A DNA stretch of 64,000 nt from Phoronis australis. Taxonomy: Eukaryota; Animalia; Phoronida. Within the stretch, counting starts at the first letter, position 1, and every line of letters starts with the position of its first letter. The translations under genes were made by a program, and so were the position numbers. Positions 11,901 through 23,900 of this stretch are shown here, piece by piece. The DNA is taken from NCBI GenBank assembly GCA_002633005.1, contig NMRA01000258.1, positions 393,126 to 457,125 of the forward strand. The letters run 5' to 3'. The notes beneath the pieces are model-generated. The model made no database searches. It saw only the letters and a program-made list of their open reading frames with translations, and was not told the DNA's origin.

Positions 11901-14900
11901 ATAAATTTTTATTTCAGTTGCCTTCCCCCCCTCCCACACAGATTTTGCTGGAACAGCCCTTACCTATTTCGTTTGGTAGGGACTCTAATTTGTTTTCCTC
12001 CAGGTCAAGCACTCGTAGTCGCTTCAGGTGGCCGATGGTAACTGGCAGCCTCTTCAACTTGTTGTTGCTAAGAATGAGCACCTCTAGAGAAAGTAAGTTC
12101 TGAATGTCTTCAGGGATCTTCGTCAAGTGGTTCGTTCCCAAGTTCAGTTCTACCATGTTTGTCCACGTTCCTATGTCTACAAAGCACATCAAGTATATGA
12201 GTGTCTGGGACAGTATTCCATTCTAAAACAAAGTAAAAGGTTGACTGACTTATCATCATTCAGCATATTACTGCTAGGCTGCACATAAACTACCCAGGAG
12301 TGGTGAGTTTTTAGCTAAAACATAACAATTTCTGTAAGCAGTTCATTCTTTGGTTCTGTTAAGACTAGTTAGTCGGCTGGACTGAACTTAAAGGTCAAAT
12401 GTTTATCAATACTTCATTCTCCACTAATACTGATAGTTTCCAAGCACAGCGAAGGTTAAATTTGATCAAGTGTGAAATGCTGTCCTATGAGATACTTTTG
12501 AAAAAGACAATACTTGACAGTTATACATTTCTCAAACAAACCACAATCTATCAGTAACTAGTCGTCAGAAAGTTGTAATTGCTCAGCTCAGAGAGCAATA
12601 TTTACCAAGTGGTAGCAATGTGAAAGAGCAGCATTACCTCGTAGTAGAGACGTGACAGAGCAATATTTACCTAGTGGTAGAGACGTGACAGAGCAATATT
12701 TACCTAGTGGTAGAGATGCGACAGAGCAATATTTACCTAGTGGTAGAGATGTGACAGAGCAATATTTACCTAGTGGTAGAGACGTGAGAGAGCAATATTT
12801 ACCTTGTGGTAGAGATGTGACAGAGCAATATTTACCTAGTGGTAGAGATGTGACAGAGCAATATTTACCTATTGGTAGAGACGTGAGAGAGCAAATTTAC
12901 CTAGTGGTAGAGATGTGAGTTCGTTTTCTTTCATATTGAGCTTGGTCAGTATTGTTGCACTAGAGAAGATTCCAAACGGTATTTTGTTGATCTGATTGTG
13001 CTCCATGTTGAGAGTCTAAAACAAAACATATTAAACAGAGACATGAGAAGCAAGACAAACTGCTATGCATTTTGAGGTTCTCAGCAAAGACTAAAAGACA
13101 TCCCCACGCCATGACAAACAAGTGAATTTTCCCACTTAGCAGAGATGTTATTACCTGGTGAACTTTTAAGAGAAATGCAATACCCAGAGCCAATTCAACT
13201 TTGATGAAACAACAGAAAATACGGTGCAGTTAATTAGTAACAAGTATTATCATGGTCAACGAAGATGAGCAAATGAGTGTTAATTGAAATTCATAGCTCA
13301 TGTGACCTTTCAAACTCGAGATACCAAATCAGAATAATTTTGAATTTGCATGAAGTCTTACAGGTGATTGATCAGCAATAACTTCTTAAAAATGGTGAAA
13401 TGTTTGCAAAAAGTGACTTTTGTTCAGAAGTTGGTAAATCTGTCATCCTATGGTCTGATGATAGGTTTAGACACAGTAGTTATCTGCCTTAAAATTAAGA
13501 ATTTACTGACCAGGTGAAGAACCATCAAGTACCAAACTCATCGATGGGAGCATTGGGCAGAGAATACTCAAAAGTAAAGCAGAGAAAGGCACAATGAAAG
13601 AATTAGATGAAACAAGTTGAATCATTGCTCCCAATCCGTGAATAATATATTGCAAAATTCTCGTTTGTCCCATAGAGACGATTTCCATAACCGGCTACAT
13701 TATATGACTGATAAAGCACACTCTGCACTTATTAAAAATCTACAAGACTACCCCACTACCATCATATCCCAAATAAGCTTACACCCTCAAAATGCACTAA
13801 AAACAGCAAACAACAGCATTGCGAGTTGGTTATAGACTGAGGAGCTGGCTCAAGCATGTTTGGCTCAGTCAAGATGGATGCAGGACATCAGCAAATCGAG
13901 CCAGGCAACAACTGAATGAATGCCTGCCTAACACATCTGGACAGTCCTGTGAATGGTTCATACATGTGCAAGAACTACTGGGTGCTTCCTAAGAAACATG
14001 AACTTTAATGGTCCAAATGAAGCACACAATGAAGAGTACGGAAAAAGTCTCCAGTTTGGGCCAGTCTCTAACATTTGGGATACTAAAATTCAAGGTCAAA
14101 CCTTGTTCAAATCTGAAAATAAAAGTGGCAGTTGATAAAAGTTTTGAAAATAGCCACTGACAGAATGTTTTCATGAGTCACCACAGTGTGTGACATTTAT
14201 ATGAATGACAGTTTGTCATTGATCATAACTCTTGAATTAAGGACGACCAATATTGCCTATTTTTAAAATTTGTTACAAGCTCTGACCTTGAGCAAAATAA
14301 CTAATTATTCACCGTCCCAAACTGTACACTTGTTACTATAGTATTATAAAGATACTCACACACGTGGAACAGAACTGTGCTGGGCCTCCACTGGGATATG
14401 AGGTGAAGTTGTTCCTTGACAGCGTGATGGAATTTAAGTTGATTAAACTAGACAGTAAACCCTCCTGTGGAGACAAAGAATAGAATGAACACACGACAAT
14501 ATCACGTGTTGCCACTGAACACGCGACAATATTTAGCAATGAACATGAGACAATATCTAGATAAGTGTTGGCAATTTACTAAACCTTATCCCACTAAAAT
14601 GCCTAGTAGTCGATAAGATACCGCGACTTCTTCAGCAACACAAAGGTTACGCATCATATTGCTTAAAAAGCTGCAATATCATTAAATAGTCCATTTAGCC
14701 AGCTATCAATGTTTTAAAAATTTCACATTATTCTAAAACAAGAGCAACGCGGAGTGTTGAAATGCGCCCACGAATGCATTGCAAATGGTGTGCTATTAGG
14801 GTTATTTATTTGTATCATAAAAATGGCCACTAGATGGCGCAAAAACATACAATTAATCCAAAAACAGGAACATGCCATACTTAAAGGAAAACAGAATAAA

Positions 14901-17900
14901 ATGAAATTGCCACTAGTGGGCACAGTGTCCGTTGGAACTGCCTGAAAGTCGTCGTCTGTTGTTATCTTCATATAAATACACTTACTAACTTTAGTAAAGA
15001 TCCTGCAGTGGGTTTAGAAGATACAACTATGGGCGCAAAATAAAACTACCACTAGGGGGTGCCACAGTAGTCAGTCACCATCATCAAAGGTCGTCTTCAC
15101 ACTAAAAACATATATGCCAATTTTCAAATGATTTGGTTGATACAGGGGTGGACGCCAAAAACAAGATTTGAAAACAGTGAAATTGCCACTAGGTGGTACA
15201 AAATACCTCGATTCCATCCAAAAACAGGAAGATAGCGTCATCACACCAGTAGATGCCTATATTGAAAATTTTATGAAAATTTGTTGAGGACATTTGAAGA
15301 TATAGAGTTAACCTTAAAACACTAAAACTGCCACTAGGGGGCAAAGCAGTTGTCAGTTCTGTCCAAAAGTCGTCGCAAACAGTAGTCAACATCATATAAA
15401 TACACTCGCTAAATTAAGTAGATCCGGTTTAGGAGATACAGCCATTGGCGCAAAAAAAAAAAAACTGCCACTAGGAGGCGCGACAGTAGTCAAAATCATT
15501 GGAAAATCATCGTCAACCGTCCACTTTATAGTAAGCACATACATGCAAATTTTCACAATCATCCTTTGAGTGGTTTGGTTGATAGAGGGGTGGATGCAAA
15601 AAACACTCAAAAACAGTAAAAAAGGCCACAAGGTGGAGCAAACTACGTCGGATCCATCCAAAAACGGGAGTATAGTGTCACCTCACTAATAGGTGCTTAC
15701 ATACCAAATTTCATGAAAATCCATTAAGGACTTTTAAAGATATAGAGGTAATTAACGTAAAAAAAATAAAATTGCCACTAGGGGGCACACCGGTAGTCGG
15801 ATCCGTCCAAAAGTCGTTGTCGTCTGTTGTTAGCATCATATAAATACACTTACTAAATTTCAAAAAGATCCTGCAAACGGTTTAGGAGATAGAGCCATAG
15901 GCCAAAAAGAACAAAACTGCCACTAGGAGGCGCCGCAGTAGTCGAAATCGTCGGGAAATCATCATCAACCGTCTTTATCATAGGAAACGCAAATTACGTC
16001 GAATCCATCCAAAAACAAGAGGATAGTTTTATTTCACTAATAGATGCCTAAATTCCAAATTTTATGAATCTACATCGAGGACTTCCGAAGATATAGAGGT
16101 AAGCGTAAAAAAAACTAGAATTGGCACTAGGGGGGCACACCGGTAGTCGGAGAGGTCCGAAATTCGTCGCCATCCGTCGTCAGCTTCACAGGAACACAAC
16201 TGCCAAATCTCATCAAGATCCTGTGACGGGTTTAGGAGATACAGCTGTGGACGCCGGACACCCGGACAGACAGAGATGACGGCAATATGCGACGACATTT
16301 AAATATGTGGACGCATAAAAAGTATGCCGCCAAAGATCTAAATTTAAGACTGAACTTCTCATTCAAATAAATATCAGCAGGGCGACAATGTTATGTAACA
16401 ATTACTTCACGACTCAGTGGATGTGTACAGGAACTTACAGCTACATTGACAATTACACTGAGATGCACCGTTTCAGATAAGAGCAAGAGTCAAATGTTTT
16501 GAATGAATTTTGCAACAAACTATAAAATCTAGTCATGAAATAAGACAGTTTAACACTTCTAATTTTCTAAGGTTATACCATGGTCAGAACGGAGCTGAAA
16601 GGTGTCATTTTTGGCATAACAAACTGCTTCAATATTATTTCATGTGACTTTCCGTTGGCCATTTTTGACCTGCCAAAACAGCGCTCATAACATCTTTAAA
16701 TATACCCACAACAGATCCACTGAAACTGTTGGACAAATTGTGGTAATGGGAGTGTTGAGAAAACACATTAAAGTGATCCGATCAACTACACAATGATCTA
16801 CATGTAAAAACTGTATGAATAAACTAGAATAGCACTTACTGGCAGCTGAGCAATATTGTTACCCTCCACGTTGAACTCAACCATATTAATACACTGTGAT
16901 AATGACTTGGGCACACCTGTTAATTTATTGTACCTGAAACGCACAAAGTTGCCATTAGTCGAGACAACTCATGCTACCCTTGATGCACTCTAGTCTCAAC
17001 ATCGGTGTCAACACAGAATATTTCTAGGAAACACTAACACACAGATCAACATCTTCACAAGTGTGATTTGACTATAGTTATCTCTCACTGATGTAACTCA
17101 AAGTTCACAAAAATTACTGTACATGTGCTTGAGCAGGCAAGTTAGATATCAAATCACGGAGAAGTTGTCAACAGAATGACTCCAGCAGTAGTTGACCAAA
17201 TCATACCATCAAAAAAGGCCGAGAAACGAAGATAAAGAAGATTGAAGGTTTTACAGAACCCCAGAAAAATGTTCAAATTTGGCCAACAACGCATCCTCAG
17301 AAATGGCCGAACGGATTCACGTGAATCTTTCAGATGCTACACTTGATACACTGTTCCACAAAACGTTGCTAGGCAATGTTTTTTAAACGTTCTACTAATT
17401 TCCCATGAGTACCTATCAAAAATATGAATATGATTTTATGAGAACAATTTAAAGTTGTATAAAACAAAAACAAAATGATAATTTAGAAAACTGTAAAAGC
17501 ATCCGTTAGATTTTATCTTGAACATTCATATCGTACAAAATTTAGTTGTAATATTAATCCTGTTGCTTTGCTTTGAATGTACCTTTCTTTTTTACTAAAT
17601 TTTCCTAAAAATGCAAGATCATGTGACATAATTAGTGGCAGATTGGTATAAAGTTAAAAACCAAAATCTACGGAATTTCTGCTTTCACAAAATATACACT
17701 TTTGCCAACTTGAAGACCACACTTTTGTAAATATTTGGATAAATGTAAGGAATTGTCAATAAAGTTCTATATAACTTTAGTTTATTACTAGCACCATAAA
17801 ACAACATTTGGTAAAAAACAACATTTGGTAAAAAACAACATTTGGTAAAAAACAACATTTGGTAAAAAAACATTTGATAAAAACATTTTGGAAAAGTTTC

Positions 17901-20900
17901 CAATGTAATCAGCCTATGGAAAAATCTAAATTTAGGCAATTATTTTTGTGCAAAATAAGCGGCGAATTACCTGCAGTTGTTCAACTTACCTTAAACCTAG
18001 CCTTTGTAACTGTTTTAAATTGCCTATTGAGTCGGGAAGATCAAGGAGTTCGTTGTGCTGAAGGTCTAGTGAGCTCAATTGAACACAGTGACCTATTTCT
18101 GAATGAAATAGAATGCGCACTTAACATAATTCCACATGAGTACACAAAGCCACAAATAAGCAAGGTATACAAAACGGTGAAAACTTCACAGTTCCATAAT
18201 TTTTGTACCACTATTTATGAATTTAAAAAAACTGAACCTTCACCAAGATATTGAGAAGGAGCTAAGACAAATTAGAAACACTGGGACCTTCCATTGGTGG
18301 TTCATAGATCAACTGCTTCCAACCATTGCGGGTCACTCATGTGAGGTGCGCAGATAATTCTTGGAATACACATGTATGTGATTGTACTACATATTTTTAC
18401 ACAACAATTATGATTGAAAAGGCTCATTCAAAATTCAAGAATCGGTAAACATGTGACAATCAAAAAATGAAATATGAAATCAAATTTCTTATACTTACTA
18501 AAATCAGACATTCTCATTTGTTTCAAAGTAATCAAGCTTATGAAAATAACTTCTATGAAATACTTAGGGCTGTTCCAGTAAAATCCGTGTGGGAGGGGGG
18601 GACGGCAGTAGAAATAAAAATTCATGGGTGGTGGTCTTCAGAAAAAACTCAAATTATGGGTGGTCGTTCCTGTAAGAAGTGATGCATTAAAATGGGTGGT
18701 ATTTTTTTACCTGTTATTGTTGACAGGTTGGTTACTTCAGCGGTCAAAACTCAAAAAAATGCAATTGGCATATATCCTAATTTATCCCAATACAAAAAAG
18801 CCCATATTGCCACTGAACAGAGTGCAATATGTTCACTAAGCCATTAATCAAGTCATGGGCAACTTGATTTGAGCCAACTGTTAGTCTGCAGTCCTATTGA
18901 ATTGAAAAGTTATGCAACACTAAACTGGTGTTAACACATATAAGAAAATTGATGATTTTTAAATGAAAAGTATGAGGAGTAAGATAGAAAAGCTCCAATA
19001 TTCAATTGACACAGAAGTATAAAAGAGTTTGTGGAGACAGTTTGAGATTCATAGATAGGGATTTATCTAGCGGCCGTCCTAGGGACGGCCCTTTTAAAAA
19101 AATGACGGCTTTGGACGGCACGGCCAAGACGGAAAAAAGACGGCCTGTTCCAAGACAACCTCGGCGAAAATGAAGGCTAAACGAAGAATTTTATTATTTA
19201 TTATTAATAAATTTTATTGAAACCTACAATTCATTATTTAAGTTTGCTAAATATTAAGAAATAACTCGACAATAGGAACTTTTGCCGTCTATTTTTACTA
19301 TAAATGTCACAATGACGATCGGCAAATACTGGCAGCCATCTTTGGGGAATACCTTCCTGTTATGTGACGTCAAGGTGACTTCATACGGAATCTCCCGTAC
19401 GACCAGTGTCGAGAAATATTGCATCCAGCGCTAACTACCCGTACATGGACACTTAATCTTTGAAATTGAAGAACCCACACCCAGAGTTCAAAGAATTTGC
19501 CGTACCCCTAATGCTAGTTGCCGACGCGGAAGTTGAAGCGGCAGTCGATGTATTCGACGTAGCAGCCAATTTGAAATAGCTGAGAACAAACACTTCGAGT
19601 TCGAAAAAAATGATACCTGCCAAAATTCTAGCATCGACCTGCCGTACAAATGCCACCAATGTCGTTAAACATGCAAACCAGATAAAACTTAGTGCAAACT
19701 TCCTTAGTTTGTTCGCATAGTTCCGTTGCAACTCGAACGAATGAATGAAAAAATATCAAAAAATCCGCACGGCCGAACGACTTGTATTGATGCGCAAGAA
19801 TGCAGTGCAAACTTTACGAGAAAAAATGTGGTGTGTAATGTTGGTTACGTATTCAATGACTAACTTAGCATGAAAGTAAATGCCTCGAAATAGTTCAACT
19901 TTTTGTGGAATTCCATGATTATTGGGTGATTCGACTTTATCCTCTGTGTGTGGCATTGCGTGCCGTATATGGAAAAAGTAGGTCAGCCAGTCACGTGNNN
20001 NNNNNNNNNNNNNNNNNNNNNNNNNNNNNNNNNNNNNNNNNNNNNNNNNNNNNNNNNNNNNNNNNNNNNNNNNNNNNNNNNNNNNNNNNNNNNNNNNNNN
20101 NNNNNNNNNNNNNNNNNNNNNNNNNNNNNNNNNNNNNNNNNNNNNNNNNNNNNNNNNNNNNNNNNNNNNNNNNNNNNNNNNNNNNNNNNNNNNNNNNNNN
20201 NNNNNNNNNNNNNNNNNNNNNNNNNNNNNNNNNNNNNNNNNNNNNNNNNNNNNNNNNNNNNNNNNNNNNNNNNNNNNNNNNNNNNNNNNNNNNNNNNNNN
20301 NNNNNNNNNNNNNNNNNNNNNNNNNNNNNNNNNNNNNNNNNNNNNNNNNNNNNNNNNNNNNNNNNNNNNNNNNNNNNNNNNNNNNNNNNNNNNNNNNNNN
20401 NNNNNNNNNNNNNNNNNNNNNNNNNNNNNNNNNNNNNNNNNNNNNNNNNNNNNNNNNNNNNNNNNNNNNNNNNNNNNNNNNNNNNNNNNNNNNNNNNNNN
20501 NNNNNNNNNNNNNNNNNNNNNNNNNNNNNNNNNNNNNNNNNNNNNNNNNNNNNNNNNNNNNNNNNNNNNNNNNNNNNNNNNNNNNNNNNNNNNNNNNNNN
20601 NNNNNNNNNNNNNNNNNNNNNNNNNNNNNNNNNNNNNNNNNNNNNNNNNNNNNNNNNNNNNNNNNNNNNNNNNNNNNNNNNNNNNNNNNNNNNNNNNNNN
20701 NNNNNNNNNNNNNNNNNNNNNNNNNNNNNNNNNNNNNNNNNNNNNNNNNNNNNNNNNNNNNNNNNNNNNNNNNNNNNNNNNNNNNTAGACACATGGTGAA
20801 CAGAGACACCTGGTGGCTGCCAAAAGTATTGCTCACAAGCTACTTTAGTTTTTGACAATATTGGACAAGACAACTAGTTCTTGTCTGTCAATCATCTAAG

Positions 20901-23900
20901 TTCTTAACAGGTACTCCTGGAGGCAATTTGTTTGCAAGTGTTGGATTTTATATTTTAACCTATTAAAAATAATTAAAAAATTATGGGTCATGGGTTGGAG
21001 AAGTAAATGAAAAATATGGGCAGTGGGTATGAAATAAAAGTGCCTTCCCCCCTTCCCATACAGATTTTGCTGGAACAGCCCTTAACTTTTCAGTGTATCA
21101 CAATAAAGAATTTTTACTGTTGGTGTTGAAAGAAAAAGTCAACTAAATGCTCTCCATCAGTGTCCAAGGACAACTAGTGCCCTCTAGTGTAGAGTACTAA
21201 CCATCAGGCAGGTGTTCCAGGTGATTGTGTGACACGTCAAAGTTCACAAGGTGCACTAGGCGACCAATACCCGTTGGCAACTCATGGATTCTGTTTTCTC
21301 GCAGACTTAGCATAGTTAGTTGCTGAAATTAGTTACATAGGTACAGAAAAACGCAAGAAAAATGAAATATCAACTTACATAAACATGCTTACAATACTGA
21401 ACACTGTGAAAGATCCATCAATCAATCATTTACTGTAATTTACAGGTCACATGGTGCAAAAAATACCACTTCAAGCACAAAGCTCTTCACACAAGATTTG
21501 ATACTTACTGTAAGATTACTGATTCCTTCGCCAACCTCTTGAATCTTGTTGAATCTTAGAAACACTGTTGTCAATGTTTTGAGTTTGTAAACAACATCGG
21601 GGATCTGAAAAAAGGAAACTGTTCTCTTCACTTGGCATCTAACTATAATGACATCAACCTTAGTACGCTAGATTCAGATAAAAAACAACTTTGAGTCATG
21701 TAATTTCAAATTTTTTTTAACTGATATTAAATGTATGAACCCAGAGCAGGAGTCTCTAAACTGAAAAAAAATCTTCATAGCTAATCTATAATTGATAAAT
21801 TTTACAAACACACACACAGAGAACATTCCGGATAAAAGATCTTTTATCATTTCCTAATGTCGCTAAAAACTGTGTTAAAAACATCAACTTTCATAACATA
21901 TTTGTGCTTTGAGAGCAACGTCAACGCATCGTCCTTTGAATTGAAACTGCAACTACCCGTACAGTCACACAGCCTAGGCATCTGTAACTAACATGCTGTC
22001 GTTATTGTTTCGCATCAGGTCCATTTCTTTGCAAGTTTAGAAATGATGTCTATACTATGTACGAGAAAAAGATGAGACCAATTTTATAGCAGTAAATCAA
22101 ACATCATCTTTTGACTGAAGGTGTGGATTCATTGCCCCGTTAAATTACAAGGAAATGTGGTAATGGGAGAGAACAGCATTCTTAGTATACCAAGCAAATC
22201 AATGAGACCATATTCATGAAAACAACATGAACATAAGGTCTACAACTGCATGGCCGTGTACAACACAGGCAGCATGTTGTAGACGTAACCTAACTATGAT
22301 CACGCTATGCTGACGACTACAGTCTCCTTGATTTTCTTGGACTACTATTACATGTAGCAAAGAACTGCATGCATACACGCATTCATACACTCTCGTGTAC
22401 CATCCACAAACCAATTTCAAGCTTCCCTGTCACAAGATCTGAAAAACTGTGGAAGGGTCACCATCGTTTTGATGACCAAAATGCAAGATTTTTGTTAAAT
22501 TAGATAGACTTTTTGAAGTTTTTGCCTTTGACAACAAAAATCAGTTTTGTTTTTATGATTTTATTACTTATAGCCAGTCATCGCCAACGTCAACCAGACA
22601 TTTGCTGCAAGGTCGATGGCTAGAGTTGTTTAATACGCATAAATATCCTATCATATAGTGAGCCACACTAAATATCCTGTCATATAGTGAGCCACACTAA
22701 ATATCCTGTCATATAGTGAGCCACACTAAATATCCTGTCACATAGTGAGCCACACTAAATATCCTGTCACATAGTGAGCCACACTAAATATCCCGTCACA
22801 TAGTGAGCCACACTAAATATCCCGTCACATAGTGAGCCACACTAAATATCCCGTCACATAGTGAGCCACACTAAATATCCCGTCACATAGTGAGCCACAC
22901 TAAATATCCCGTCACATAGTGAGCCACACTAAATATCCCGTCACATAGTGAGCCACACTAAATATCCCGTCACATAGTGAGCCACACTAAATATCCCGTC
23001 ACATAGTGAGCCACACTAAATATCCCGTCACATAGTGAGCCACACTAAATATCCCGTCACATAGTGAGCCACACTAAATATCCCGTCACATAGTGAGCCA
23101 CACTAAATATCCCGTCACATAGTGAGCCACACTAAATATCCCGTCACATAGTGAGCCACACTAAATATCCCGTCACATAGTGAGCCACACTAAATATCCC
23201 GTCACATAGTGAGCCACACTAAATATCCCGTCACATAGTGAGCCACACTAAATATCCCGTCACATAGTGAGCCACACTAAATATCCCGTCACATAGTGAG
23301 CCACACTAAATATCCCGTCACATAGTGAGCCACACTAAATATCCCGTCACATAGTGAGCCACACTAAATATCCCGTCACATAGTGAGCCACACTAAATAT
23401 CCCGTCACATAGTGAGCCACACTAAATATCCCGTCACATAGTGAGCCACACTAAATATCCCGTCACATAGTGAGCCACACTAAATATCCCGTCACATAGT
23501 GAGCCACACTAAATATCCCGTCACATAGTGAGCCACACTAAATATCCCGTCACATAGTGAGCCACACTAAATATCNTGTCATATAGTGAGCCACACTAAA
23601 TATCCTGTCATATAGTGAGCCACACTAAATATCCTGTCATATAGTGAGCCACACTAAATATCTTGTCATATAGTGAGCCACACTAAATATCTTGTCATAT
23701 AGTGAGCCACACTAAATGCAGTTAGAAGAGCAATTGGCTGCCGACACGATAAATAAAGTTCGATTCCATGCTAGGACTGATCTCGGAAAGATTTGTCTCA
23801 CGATAATGTCACTTTAAAATGATGGGCCCTTAATTACTACGTTGTTGATGACATCACACAATATGGACGAGTGAAGAACCATACTGACCGCGGTCAACTT

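Larger units (their letters stand above)
18567..21081 (+). mobile_element. PIF/Harbinger-type MITE copy interrupted by a nested insertion and a gap
   Basis: The left part (18567-~19055) and right part (20786-21081) match the intact copies at 25417 and 27151; TTA flanks both ends. Confidence 0.85.

Noticed and set aside
12652-12918. Plus-strand repeat protein ([11 protein letters not shown])n
   Set aside because: A by-product of the 33-bp minisatellite, antisense to SHOC2, with no splice or start support.
17859-18254. 131-aa plus-strand ORF
   Set aside because: Antisense shadow of SHOC2 exon 7 plus a tandem repeat.
19756-20873. Long ORFs of 281-355 aa
   Set aside because: Almost entirely N gap.
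22640-23717. CRISPR array (29-bp repeat length)
   Set aside because: Units are head-to-tail with no unique spacers, there are no cas genes, and the context is a eukaryotic intron.
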